From Alkalilimnicola ehrlichii MLHE-1 (GTDB lineage Bacteria > Pseudomonadota > Gammaproteobacteria > Nitrococcales > Halorhodospiraceae), in assembly GCF_000014785.1 (NCBI RefSeq), contig NC_008340.1, positions 1-32,000 on the forward strand: DNA of 32,000 bases. The letters are read 5' to 3'. Position numbers and translations under genes: made by a program. The notes under the pieces were generated by a model. It searched no databases and was not told the origin of the DNA. It worked only from the letters and a program-made list of their open reading frames with translations. Position 1 is the stretch's first letter. The number at the start of each line of letters is the position of its first letter. This document shows positions 1 to 11,352 of the stretch, one piece after another.

Positions 1-74
1 TCTCCGGCCCGTCGGTACACTCGGGGCACACCCACCCGCAGACGCTATCCCGTGTCGAGGTACGCCGTTTATCC

Positions 75-1430
75 ATGGAGAATTCGCTCTGGAAACAATG
101 CCTGCGCCGTTTGGAGCAGGAGATCCCGGACCAGCAACTCAACACTTGGATCCGACCGCTGCAGGCCCAGGAGGAAGAGGATCGGCTGCGCCTGCTGGCG
201 CCCAACCGCTTCGTCCTCGACTGGGTCAAGGCCCACTTCGCCGACCGCATCACTGAGCTGTTGAGTGCGCAGCGCCCGGACCGTCCGCCCCGCCTCGAAC
301 TGCAGATCGGTAGCAGTGCGGTGGTGGCCCCGCCGCGGCGCCGCCAGGTTTCGGTGACCACACCCAGCCCCTCGGCAGCGGCCGACCAGACGCCGGCCAC
401 CCGTTCAGCGGCCAGCAACCTGAACAGTAACTTCACCTTCGACACCTTCGTCGAGGGCAAATCCAACCAGCTCGCCCGGGCCGCCAGCATGCAGGTGGTG
501 GAGAACCCGGGCACCGCCTACAACCCGCTGTTCCTCTACGGCGGTGTGGGGCTGGGCAAGACCCACCTGATGCACGCCGTGGGCAACGCCATGCTGCGCC
601 GGCGGCCTGAGGCCCGGGTGCTCTACCTACACTCGGAGCGCTTCGTTGCCGACATGGTGAAGGCCCTGCAGCACAACGCCATCAACGAATTCAAGCGCCA
701 CTACCGCATGGTGGATGCACTACTGATCGACGATATTCAGTTCTTTGCCCGCAAGGAGCGCTCTCAGGAAGAGTTTTTCCATACCTTCAACGCCCTGCTG
801 GAGGGCGAACAGCAGGTCATCATGACCTGCGACCGGTATCCCAAGGAGGTCAACGGCCTGGAGGAGCGACTCAAATCGCGCTTCGGCTGGGGGCTGACAG
901 TGGCCATTGAGCCCCCGGAACTGGAAACCCGGGTCGCCATCCTGATGAGTAAGGCGCTACAGGAGGGCGTGGACCTGCCTCATGAGGTGGCCTTCTTCAT
1001 CGCCAAGCGGATTCGCTCCAATATCCGTGAACTCGAAGGGGCCCTGCGACGAGTAGTGGCCAACGCCCAGTTCACCGGCCAGGAGATCACCGTGGAGTTC
1101 ACCAAGGAGGCCCTGCGCGATCTGCTGGCGCTGCAGGACAAGCTGGTGACTATCGACAACATCCAAAAGACCGTGGCCGAGTATTACAAGATCCGGGTGG
1201 CGGACCTCCTGTCAAAACGGCGCAGTCGATCCATCACCCGCCCCCGGCAGATGGCGATGGCGCTGGCCAAGGAGTTGACCAGCCACTCCCTGCCGGAGAT
1301 CGGTGACGCCTTCGGCGGACGTGACCACACCACCGTGCTGCACGCCTGCCGAAAGGTGGAGTCGCTCTGCGCCGAGGACAGCCGGATCGAGGAAGACTAT
1401 AGCAACCTGTTGAGAACCCTCAGCACATGA
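75..1430 (+). CDS. dnaA: chromosomal replication initiator protein DnaA
   Basis: 451-aa ORF. The N-terminus [10 protein letters not shown]...[10 protein letters not shown] is typical of DnaA domain I. It has Walker [11 protein letters not shown], Walker B LLIDDIQF and the C-terminal DNA-binding segment [11 protein letters not shown]. It is followed by dnaN-recF-gyrB. Confidence 0.98.
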   Translation: MENSLWKQCLRRLEQEIPDQQLNTWIRPLQAQEEEDRLRLLAPNRFVLDWVKAHFADRITELLSAQRPDRPPRLELQIGSSAVVAPPRRRQVSVTTPSPSAAADQTPATRSAASNLNSNFTFDTFVEGKSNQLARAASMQVVENPGTAYNPLFLYGGVGLGKTHLMHAVGNAMLRRRPEARVLYLHSERFVADMVKALQHNAINEFKRHYRMVDALLIDDIQFFARKERSQEEFFHTFNALLEGEQQVIMTCDRYPKEVNGLEERLKSRFGWGLTVAIEPPELETRVAILMSKALQEGVDLPHEVAFFIAKRIRSNIRELEGALRRVVANAQFTGQEITVEFTKEALRDLLALQDKLVTIDNIQKTVAEYYKIRVADLLSKRRSRSITRPRQMAMALAKELTSHSLPEIGDAFGGRDHTTVLHACRKVESLCAEDSRIEEDYSNLLRTLST

Positions 1431-1650
1431 TGTGGATAACCCCGGGACGAAACCGAGCGGACCGATGCGACCAATCTTATCCACAGATTGTTCCACAGCG
1501 GTCCCCAGGCAAACCGCCCGCTTACTCACCCCGGAAAACAGAAGCAACCTATTGATTGAAAAAGGGAATAAAAACTTATGCACAGCGTGCTGTGCACACA
1601 GTAATAACAACAGTCTTTACTTATCTACATATTGATTATTAGGGATCGGC
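1431..1650. promoter_or_regulatory. DnaA-box cluster plus AT-rich tract in the dnaA-dnaN spacer (candidate oriC and/or DnaA-controlled dnaN promoter)
   Basis: Perfect 9-mers are TGTGGATAA (1431-1439, reverse orientation), TTATCCACA (1477-1485) and TTATGCACA (1576-1584). Near matches are TGTTCCACA (1489-1497) and TTATCTACA (1621-1629). My hand count for 1541-1650 is about 40 G+C in 110 nt, against visibly GC-rich flanks. TATTGATT is repeated directly at 1550-1557 and 1630-1637. Confidence 0.6.
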
Positions 1651-2751
1651 ATGCGCATCGATATCCAACGCGAAGACCTGCTCAAGCCTCTACAAGCCAT
1701 CATCGGCGTCGTGGAACGACGGCAGACCCTGCCGGTGCTGGCCAACGTCCGCCTGGAGTTGGGCGACGGCCTGGCCCGGCTGACCGCTACCGATCTGGAA
1801 GTGGAACTGGTCGCCAGTCTGCCCTGCCAAGTCACGGAAGGCGGGGACATCACACTGCCGGCGAGGAAGCTGCTGGATATTTGTCGCAACCTGCCGGATC
1901 AGAGTCAGATCCAGCTTCAGGTCGACGGCGAACGGGCGAGTCTGCGGGCCGGGCGGAGTCGGTTCACCCTCGCCACACTGTCGGCGGACGATTACCCGAG
2001 CATCGAAGACATTGGCGCCCGGGAGACCGTGCGGCTGCCCCAGGGGCAACTGAGGAAGCTGATTGAGCGCACACACTTTTCCATGGCCGTGCAGGATGTC
2101 CGGTACTATCTGAACGGGCTGATGGTGGAGCTGGAACCGGCGATGGCGCGCATGGTGGCCACCGACGGCCACCGCCTGGCACTGGCCGAGCAAGCCATCG
2201 ACACCGGGGTCGAGGCACCGCGTCAGGTGATTGTCCCGCGCAAGGGGGTTCAGGAACTGTTACGGTTGTTGGATCACAGCGATGAGGGGGCCGACCTGGA
2301 GTTGGGCGACAACCATATCCGGGTCAAGCTCGGGGACGTCCGGTTCACCTCCAAATTGATCGATGGCCGCTTCCCGGACTACCGTCGGGTGGTGCCGGAG
2401 GCCACCGAGACCCCCGCGACAGTGAATCGGGAGGACCTTCGCCACGCCCTCCTCCGGGTCTCGATCCTATCCAACGAAAAGTACCGCGGTGTCCGGTTCC
2501 TGCTCGACGGTGGTACGCTCAAGGTCGCATCGCACAACCCCGAGCAGGAGGAGGCCGAAGAGGAGGTCTCGGTCGACTACGGCGGGGCCCCGCTGGAGGT
2601 CGGCTTCAATGCCGGGTATGTGCTCGATGCGCTGGGGGCGTTGGACGATGAGGATGTTCGCCTGACACTCCGGGACAGCGCGAGCAGTGGGCTGATCCAA
2701 GGGGTAGACGACCAGACCTCAAGGTACGTCGTCATGCCCATGCGCCTGTGA
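1651..2751 (+). CDS. dnaN: DNA polymerase III beta sliding clamp
   Basis: 366-aa ORF starting MRIDIQREDLLKPLQ...LPVLANVRL. Typical length and C-terminus (YVVMPMRL). It sits in the conserved position after dnaA. Confidence 0.97.
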   Translation: MRIDIQREDLLKPLQAIIGVVERRQTLPVLANVRLELGDGLARLTATDLEVELVASLPCQVTEGGDITLPARKLLDICRNLPDQSQIQLQVDGERASLRAGRSRFTLATLSADDYPSIEDIGARETVRLPQGQLRKLIERTHFSMAVQDVRYYLNGLMVELEPAMARMVATDGHRLALAEQAIDTGVEAPRQVIVPRKGVQELLRLLDHSDEGADLELGDNHIRVKLGDVRFTSKLIDGRFPDYRRVVPEATETPATVNREDLRHALLRVSILSNEKYRGVRFLLDGGTLKVASHNPEQEEAEEEVSVDYGGAPLEVGFNAGYVLDALGALDDEDVRLTLRDSASSGLIQGVDDQTSRYVVMPMRL

Positions 2752-2800
2752 GCGCCGAAACGGTGACAGGCGTAATGGCGGTGGTCGGCAAACGCCCCGG

Positions 2801-3880
2801 GTGGTGATGGGCATTATGTCACTGGCGGCCGAAGGGGTGCGCAACCTCCAGCCGTTTGAGCTTACGCCTGGCGCCGGAATCAACGTGGTGGTGGGTGCCA
2901 ACGCCGCGGGGAAGACGAGCCTGTTGGAGGCCATCTACTTCGTGGCGCGGACCCGGTCCTTCCGCGCCACGCGGACGGCGCAAATGATCGGGAACGGTCA
3001 TGAGGCCTTGTGGGTTCGGGCTCAGACTCAGGGGCATACCATCGGGGTCGCCCGGGACAGCCAGGAGACGCAGGTCCGTCTGGACGGTCGGGACGGGCGA
3101 AGCCTTTCCGAACTGGCCCGCTACCTACCGGTGCAGGTCATCAATAGTGAGCACCAGCGGTTATTGCTGGACGGCCCTGCCGTGCGGCGCAGTTTTTTGA
3201 ACTGGGCGGTGTTCCACGTGGAACCACAGTTCTCAACTGTGTGGGGCCGTTACGTCCGCGCCCTCCGGCAGCGCAATGCTGCCCTCAAGGCGGGCGAGTC
3301 CCGCTTGGCGTGGGCCTACGACGAGGGCCTCATCGAAACGGCCGACACCATCGACCGTAACCGGCGCCACCTCATCGACGCCCTGGAGCCGCGCTGGTCG
3401 GCCTTGGTCCGCCGCTGGCTGCCGGACGAACCGGTGGCCCTCCATTACCGCCCGGGCTGGCGGAGCGACGAGCCGCTCGCTGATCGCCTTGAAGCCCAGC
3501 GGGAGTTGGATCGTCAGCGGGGGTTCACCAACAGTGGGCCGCATCGCGCCGATCTGAGTTTCCGCGTGGCCGGTGTCGAGGCCCAGCACCGGCTCTCGCG
3601 CGGACAGCAAAAGCTTCTGGTGCTCGCCCTGCTGCTCGCCCAGGCAGCGGTTACCCACACCCTGACCGGCCAGTCGCTCACCTTGTTGGTGGATGACCTC
3701 GCTGCGGAGCTCGACCCGGCGCGGCGTGCCGCCGTGGTGGAGGCGATCGCCTCCAGTGGCAATCAGGCCTTCCTGACCGCCATTGAGCCGGGCGATATCC
3801 CCCTCGCCCCCGACGCCGCGCAATGGTTCCACGTGGAACAGGGCCGTATTCACTCCGGCCCGCCGCCGGCGGCCGGCTGA
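2801..3880 (+). CDS. recF: DNA replication and repair protein RecF
   Basis: Walker A GANAAGKTSLLEA, ABC-like signature LSRGQQKLLVLAL and Walker B LLVDDLAAELD. The start is ambiguous: GTG 2801, ATG 2807 or ATG 2816 (MSLAAEGVRNL resembles typical RecF N-termini). Confidence 0.93.
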   Translation: MVMGIMSLAAEGVRNLQPFELTPGAGINVVVGANAAGKTSLLEAIYFVARTRSFRATRTAQMIGNGHEALWVRAQTQGHTIGVARDSQETQVRLDGRDGRSLSELARYLPVQVINSEHQRLLLDGPAVRRSFLNWAVFHVEPQFSTVWGRYVRALRQRNAALKAGESRLAWAYDEGLIETADTIDRNRRHLIDALEPRWSALVRRWLPDEPVALHYRPGWRSDEPLADRLEAQRELDRQRGFTNSGPHRADLSFRVAGVEAQHRLSRGQQKLLVLALLLAQAAVTHTLTGQSLTLLVDDLAAELDPARRAAVVEAIASSGNQAFLTAIEPGDIPLAPDAAQWFHVEQGRIHSGPPPAAG

Positions 3881-3933
3881 CCCGATAGGCCTGGGCCCCG
3901 CCCTTGCTCCGGGTGATATACTCGTTCCCTTAA

Positions 3934-6369
<2,436 letters not shown>

Positions 6370-6396
6370 TCCGTCCGTGGGGGAGAGGGCCGGGCC

Positions 6397-7170
6397 ATGG
6401 ACTCTGGGCACAAGACGCACCTCTGGCGGCGACCGGACCTGGCCTTCTTCCTCGATCTCGACGGCACCCTCCTCCCCATCGTCCCCCATCCCGACGACGC
6501 CACGCTGGACGCTTGTGGCCGCACCGTCCTGCGCGAGCTGATGGCGCTCAGTGGCGGCGCCGTCGCCCTGGTCAGTGGCCGCACCATCTCCGCCGTCGAC
6601 CGGGTCGTCGAGCCGCTGCGCCTGCCGGTGGCGGGGGTGCACGGGGCGGAATGGCGCGATCCCGCCGGCCGCTACCACCGGCCCTCTGCGCCCTCGCCGC
6701 GGCTCATGACGGCCCTTCGCGATCGCCTCCGCGCCCTCACCGCCGCCTACCCGGGAACCTTCGTCGAGGAGAAGGGCATCGCCCTTGCCGTTCACTTCCG
6801 CCGGGCGCCCGAATACCAAATGCCGATCCAGCGGGCCCTGAGTGAGATCGCGGCCGGCGCCGCCGGTCAGCTCACGCTGCAAGCCGGCAAGTGCGTCTAC
6901 GAACTTCGCCCGGCCGACGGGGACAAGGGCCGGGCGGTCAGACACTTTATGGCCGAGGCCCCGTTCGCCAGCCGGGCCCCGGTCTACCTGGGCGATGACC
7001 TGACGGATGAACACGCCTTTGTGGCAGTGAATGCCCTGGGCGGCTATAGCATTAAGGTGGGTGCCGGTCACACCGAGGCGCGCTGGCGCCTGCCCGATCA
7101 ACCGGCGGTGATCGACTGGCTCCGAGGAAATCGTCCGGCCGCCGCTATCAGGGGGGAGCACGGTGACTGA
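6397..7170 (+). CDS. otsB: trehalose-6-phosphate phosphatase (HAD family)
   Basis: HAD motif I FLDLDGTLL, downstream GDDLTDE, about 257 aa. It lies in a cluster with otsA. Its stop overlaps the next gene start (GTGACTGA). Confidence 0.85.
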   Translation: MDSGHKTHLWRRPDLAFFLDLDGTLLPIVPHPDDATLDACGRTVLRELMALSGGAVALVSGRTISAVDRVVEPLRLPVAGVHGAEWRDPAGRYHRPSAPSPRLMTALRDRLRALTAAYPGTFVEEKGIALAVHFRRAPEYQMPIQRALSEIAAGAAGQLTLQAGKCVYELRPADGDKGRAVRHFMAEAPFASRAPVYLGDDLTDEHAFVAVNALGGYSIKVGAGHTEARWRLPDQPAVIDWLRGNRPAAAIRGEHGD

Positions 7171-8950
7171 TCTCAACCAGGCGCTAATCGGCAATTGCAG
7201 CTTCGCTGCCCTGGTCAACCGGGAGGCCGAGGTTACCTGGGCCTGTATGCCCCGGTTCGACGGTGATCCGGTGTTCTGCAGTCTCCTTGGGGACCCCGGT
7301 GTCGGTGACGGCCACGGCCGTTTCGCCATCCTTCTCGAGGGCCTTGCCCGCAGTGAACAGGCCTACGACCGCAACACCGCCATCCTCCGCACCCGCCTCT
7401 ACGACCACCAGGGCGGGGTTGTGGAGGTCCTCGATTTTGCACCCCGATTCAAACAGTTCGGCCGCAGCTTCCATCCGGTGACCCTGGTGCGCCAGGTGCG
7501 CTGCCTGGGGGGCGCTCCCCGCGTCCGGATGGTGGTCCGGCCGGTGTTCGACTACGGCACGACCCGACCGATCATCACCCACGGAAGCAATCACATCCGC
7601 TACGTCTCGGGCGAGCAGGTGCTGCGCCTTACTACCAACGCCTCACTGACCGCCATTCTTGACGAGACGCCGGTGGTGGTGGATCAGGTCTTTACCTTGA
7701 TCCTGGGACCGGACGAGACCCTGCCGCTCTCCCCGCACGAGGCCGCCAGCCAGTTCTACGAGCGCACCACTCACTACTGGCAGGAGTGGGTCCGCTACCT
7801 GGCCGTGCCCTTCGAATGGCAGGAGGCGGTAATCCGCGCCGCCATCACCCTCAAACTCAATACCTATGAAGACACTGGGGCGGTCATCGCCGCGGTGACC
7901 ACCTCGTTACCGGAGGCGCCGCATACCACCCGGAACTGGGACTACCGCTACTGCTGGCTGCGCGACGCCTATTTCGTCATCAATGCCCTCAATCGCCTGG
8001 GTGCCACCAAGACCCTGGAGGACTACGCCCGCTTCATCATCAACACCACCGCGTCCAACGGTCAGCGGCCCCTGCGGCCGGTGTATCGGATCAACGGCCG
8101 GGACGATCTGGATGAGTACGTCGCCGAGGGCCTACCAGGTTACCGCGGCATGGGCCCGGTCCGGGTGGGGAACCAGGCCTATGAGCAGCAGCAGAACGAC
8201 GTCTACGGCGCGGTGATCCTTGCCACCGCCCACCTCTTCTTCGACCGCAGGCTCCGCCGCATGGGCGATGAACCCCTGTTCCGGCGGCTGGAGGTTCTGG
8301 GGGAGCAGGCGGTGGCGGTCCACGAGCAGCCGGATGCCGGGCTCTGGGAGTTTCGCGGCATGGCCGGGGTGCATACCTTCTCCGCCACCATGTGCTGGGC
8401 CGGGGTCAATGCCCTGGCGGCCATCGCCCGGGAGCTGAACCTGCCGGACCGGGCCACCTATTGGATCACCCGGGCCCATCGGATACGCCGGACCATCCGG
8501 GAGCGCGCCTGGAACCCCCGCCGCCAGTCCTATGTCGCCACCTTCGGAGGCGAGGTCCTGGACGCCAGCCTGACGCAGCTCTATGACCTGGGGTTTCTCA
8601 AACCGGGGGATCCCCGCCTTACCCAGACAGTGGTGGCCCTTGAAGGCGAACTGCGTCACGGTGATTTTCTTTTCCGCTATATTCATGAAGACGACTTCGG
8701 AAAACCGACCACGGCGTTCACCACCTGCACCTTCTGGTATGTCGACGCCCTGGCCGCCACCGGCCGGCGGGAGGAGGCGAGGGCGCTGTTCGAGAAGCTG
8801 CTGGCCTGCCGTAATCACGTGGGCCTGCTTTCCGAGGATATCGACCCCTACACGGGGGAGCTTTGGGGGAACTTCCCCCAGACCTATAGCATGGTGGGTC
8901 TGATCAATTCGGCGATGCGACTGAGCAAACCGTGGGAGCAGGCCTACTGA
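7163..8950 (+). CDS. glycoside hydrolase family 15 protein (glucoamylase-like, possibly a trehalase), cytoplasmic
   Basis: 595-aa ORF with no signal peptide. The N-terminus LIGNCSFAALVNREAEVTWACMPRFD and the segment NWDYRYCWLRDA are typical of bacterial GH15 proteins. GTG start at 7163 with AGGGGGGAG just upstream. It sits between otsB and otsA. Confidence 0.8.
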   Translation: MTDLNQALIGNCSFAALVNREAEVTWACMPRFDGDPVFCSLLGDPGVGDGHGRFAILLEGLARSEQAYDRNTAILRTRLYDHQGGVVEVLDFAPRFKQFGRSFHPVTLVRQVRCLGGAPRVRMVVRPVFDYGTTRPIITHGSNHIRYVSGEQVLRLTTNASLTAILDETPVVVDQVFTLILGPDETLPLSPHEAASQFYERTTHYWQEWVRYLAVPFEWQEAVIRAAITLKLNTYEDTGAVIAAVTTSLPEAPHTTRNWDYRYCWLRDAYFVINALNRLGATKTLEDYARFIINTTASNGQRPLRPVYRINGRDDLDEYVAEGLPGYRGMGPVRVGNQAYEQQQNDVYGAVILATAHLFFDRRLRRMGDEPLFRRLEVLGEQAVAVHEQPDAGLWEFRGMAGVHTFSATMCWAGVNALAAIARELNLPDRATYWITRAHRIRRTIRERAWNPRRQSYVATFGGEVLDASLTQLYDLGFLKPGDPRLTQTVVALEGELRHGDFLFRYIHEDDFGKPTTAFTTCTFWYVDALAATGRREEARALFEKLLACRNHVGLLSEDIDPYTGELWGNFPQTYSMVGLINSAMRLSKPWEQAY

Positions 8951-9004
8951 GGGATGGATGACAATGGCGCCGGGCCGCTCTATCGCCCGGTGCGGAGGTA
9001 GTCC

Positions 9005-10393
9005 ATGTCGTTGATCACCATATCGAACCGGGTTGCCCTGCCCAGCCAGCTCCAGGGGGCCCAAGGCGGACTGGCGGTGGGTCTGCGCAGTGCACTGGAG
9101 GATGGCGGTGGGCTCTGGTTCGGTTGGGACGGTCGCCACGAACCCCGGTTACCCGATCCCCGCCCACTGGCGGTGCAGAACGCCAACGGCGTGCGCTACG
9201 CCACCCTGCGCCTGACTCGTGCCGAGTACGAGCGGTTCTATCTCGGCTTCTCCAACCAGGTGCTCTGGCCCCTGTTCCATTACCGCTTGCCCTATGTCCA
9301 CTGCCAACGGGCGGATCGGGAAGGGTACTGGGCCGTCAACCGCCTGTTCGCGGATCGGCTGCCCGATCTACCGGACGCCGAGTCGCCCATCTGGATCCAC
9401 GATTACCACTTCATTCCCCTGGGCCAGATGTTGCGGGAGCGGGGGATCACTAACCCCCTGGGCTTTTTCCTCCACACCCCCTTCCCGGCTTGGGATGTCT
9501 ACCGCGCATTGCCGGATCACCAGGCCCTGCTGGAAGCCCTCTGCGCCCATGACCTGGTGGGCTTCCAAACCGACCTGGATCGTGACAACTTCCTGGACTG
9601 TCTGCGCCACACCGACGCCATCGAGGTGATCGACACGGCCCGGGCGCGCTACCGCGGCCGGGTGGTCCACATCGGCGTCTTCCCGATCGGTATCGACGTG
9701 GACTCTGTGGCCGCCCACGCCCGGCACGGCTTCTACTCGCAGCAGGGACGCCGGTTGCAGGCCAGCCTTGGGGACAGACGCCTGATCATCGGTGTTGACC
9801 GCCTGGATTACAGCAAGGGGCTGGATATCCGCTTCGAAGCCTATCGGCGTATGCTGGAGCGCCGCCGGGAGCACCGGGCGCGGGTCGTTTACCTGCAGAT
9901 TGCGCCGATATCGCGGGGTGAGGTGCCGGAGTACGACGAGATTCGCCGCGAACTGGAGTACCAGGCGGGTCACCTCAACTGCCAGTTCGCCGAGTACGAC
10001 TGGGCCCCGCTGCGGTACCTGAACCGCGGCTTCCACCGGGCGAACGTGCTCGGGTTTCTGTCCCGGGCCCATGTCGGGCTGGTCACCCCTATGCGCGACG
10101 GTATGAACCTCGTGGCCAAGGAGTTCGTGGCCGCCCAGGATCCGGACGACCCGGGTGTGTTGGTCCTCTCGCATTTGGCCGGGGCGGCGCGCGAGCTGGA
10201 CGCGGCGGTTCTGGTCAACCCCTACGATCCCGATGAGGTGGCGGAGCGGCTTCACCAGGCGCTGACCATGCCGTTAGCGGAGCGGCGTGAGCGTTGGACC
10301 CGCATGATCCGGTGCCTGCGCGAGCAGGACATTACCTGTTGGCGTGACGACTACCTGCAGGCCCTGCAGACGGCGGCCGGTGCGTCCGGGTGA
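9005..10393 (+). CDS. otsA: alpha,alpha-trehalose-phosphate synthase (UDP-forming)
   Basis: GT20 motifs NQVLWPLFHY, HDYHFIPL, GVDRLDYSKG and RDGMNLVAKE. GGAGG ribosome-binding site ahead of ATG 9005. Confidence 0.93.
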   Translation: MSLITISNRVALPSQLQGAQGGLAVGLRSALEDGGGLWFGWDGRHEPRLPDPRPLAVQNANGVRYATLRLTRAEYERFYLGFSNQVLWPLFHYRLPYVHCQRADREGYWAVNRLFADRLPDLPDAESPIWIHDYHFIPLGQMLRERGITNPLGFFLHTPFPAWDVYRALPDHQALLEALCAHDLVGFQTDLDRDNFLDCLRHTDAIEVIDTARARYRGRVVHIGVFPIGIDVDSVAAHARHGFYSQQGRRLQASLGDRRLIIGVDRLDYSKGLDIRFEAYRRMLERRREHRARVVYLQIAPISRGEVPEYDEIRRELEYQAGHLNCQFAEYDWAPLRYLNRGFHRANVLGFLSRAHVGLVTPMRDGMNLVAKEFVAAQDPDDPGVLVLSHLAGAARELDAAVLVNPYDPDEVAERLHQALTMPLAERRERWTRMIRCLREQDITCWRDDYLQALQTAAGASG

Positions 10394-11340
10394 GCGCCAT
10401 GAGCTCTTACCTCCTGGCCGACATCGGCGGCACCCATACCCGTATCGCCCTCGCGACGCCGGGCGGGGAACCGCAGCAAAGGCACCGCTACCGTAACAGC
10501 GAGCTTGGCGATCCCCTTTCCGGTCTGCAGCATTTTCTCGCTCAGGTCGCACCAGCCCGCCCCACGACCCTGGCGATCGCCGTGGCCGGCCCGGTCCAGG
10601 GCGGGCGTGTTCAGTTGACGAACCGAAGCTGGATGCTGCACGACGGCAGCCTGGCCCGCGCCCTCGGGCTCGATGCCGTGCACCTCTACAATGACTTTCA
10701 GGCGCTCGCCCGTGCCCTCCCCCTGCTCTGCGCTTCCTCGGTGCGGCCGTTGGCGCCGGGTGTTGCCGAGCCGGGGGCGCCGCGGGCGGTTCTGGGTCCC
10801 GGTACCGGCTTGGGGGTGGCTGCCGCCGTGCCCTGCCCGGCGGGTTGGTCGGCGCTCGCCTGTGAAGGGGGGCATGTCACCCTGGCACCGGGCGATGTGG
10901 CGGAGAGCACCCTGATCGATCGCCTGCGGCAGCAGTTGGATCACGTGTCGGCGGAGGCGGTACTGTGCGGTGCCGGGCTCTGCCGGCTGCACGCCGTGCT
11001 GCATGGGGCGCCCTGTGACGATCCGAAGGCGATCACCGAGGCGGGGCGCGCCGGCGATCCCCGGGCGACTGAGACCATCCAGCGGTTCTTCAGCCTGCTT
11101 GGCGGGTTTGCCGGCAACCTGGCGTTGACCCTCGGCGCCCGCGGCGGTCTCTACCTTGCCGGAGGGATGCTGCCAGCGCTGTGGCAACCGATGCAGGAGT
11201 CCGCCTTCCTCGAGCGCTTCCGGGCCAAGGGACGGTTTCGCGATTACCTCACGGCCATTCCGGTCCTGCTCATCCGCGACCCGGAGGGTGCCACCCTCCT
11301 CGGCCTGCGCGCCCTGCTCGATGACGCCGGGGGCGGTTGA
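10390..11340 (+). CDS. glk: glucokinase
   Basis: N-terminal ATP-binding motif LLADIGGTHTRIAL, plus GPGTGLG and YLAGG. GTG 10390 overlaps the otsA stop (GTGA). In-frame ATG 10399 is an equally plausible start. Confidence 0.88.
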   Translation: MSAMSSYLLADIGGTHTRIALATPGGEPQQRHRYRNSELGDPLSGLQHFLAQVAPARPTTLAIAVAGPVQGGRVQLTNRSWMLHDGSLARALGLDAVHLYNDFQALARALPLLCASSVRPLAPGVAEPGAPRAVLGPGTGLGVAAAVPCPAGWSALACEGGHVTLAPGDVAESTLIDRLRQQLDHVSAEAVLCGAGLCRLHAVLHGAPCDDPKAITEAGRAGDPRATETIQRFFSLLGGFAGNLALTLGARGGLYLAGGMLPALWQPMQESAFLERFRAKGRFRDYLTAIPVLLIRDPEGATLLGLRALLDDAGGG

Positions 11341-11352
11341 ACCGGTGGCCGG

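Noticed and set aside
69-77. TTATCCATG overlapping the dnaA start codon, considered as a possible autoregulatory DnaA box.
   Set aside because: It matches the 9-mer at only 7 of 9 positions and stands alone. With just 74 nt of upstream sequence there is no context to support it.
1432-1635. A 67-aa ORF inside the dnaA-dnaN spacer, plus small ORFs crossing the 20692-20898 palindrome (20632-20943, 20697-21092).
   Set aside because: They have no ribosome-binding site and atypical composition, and they are built from DnaA boxes, AT-rich DNA or palindrome arms. They are better explained as non-coding regulatory or repeat DNA.
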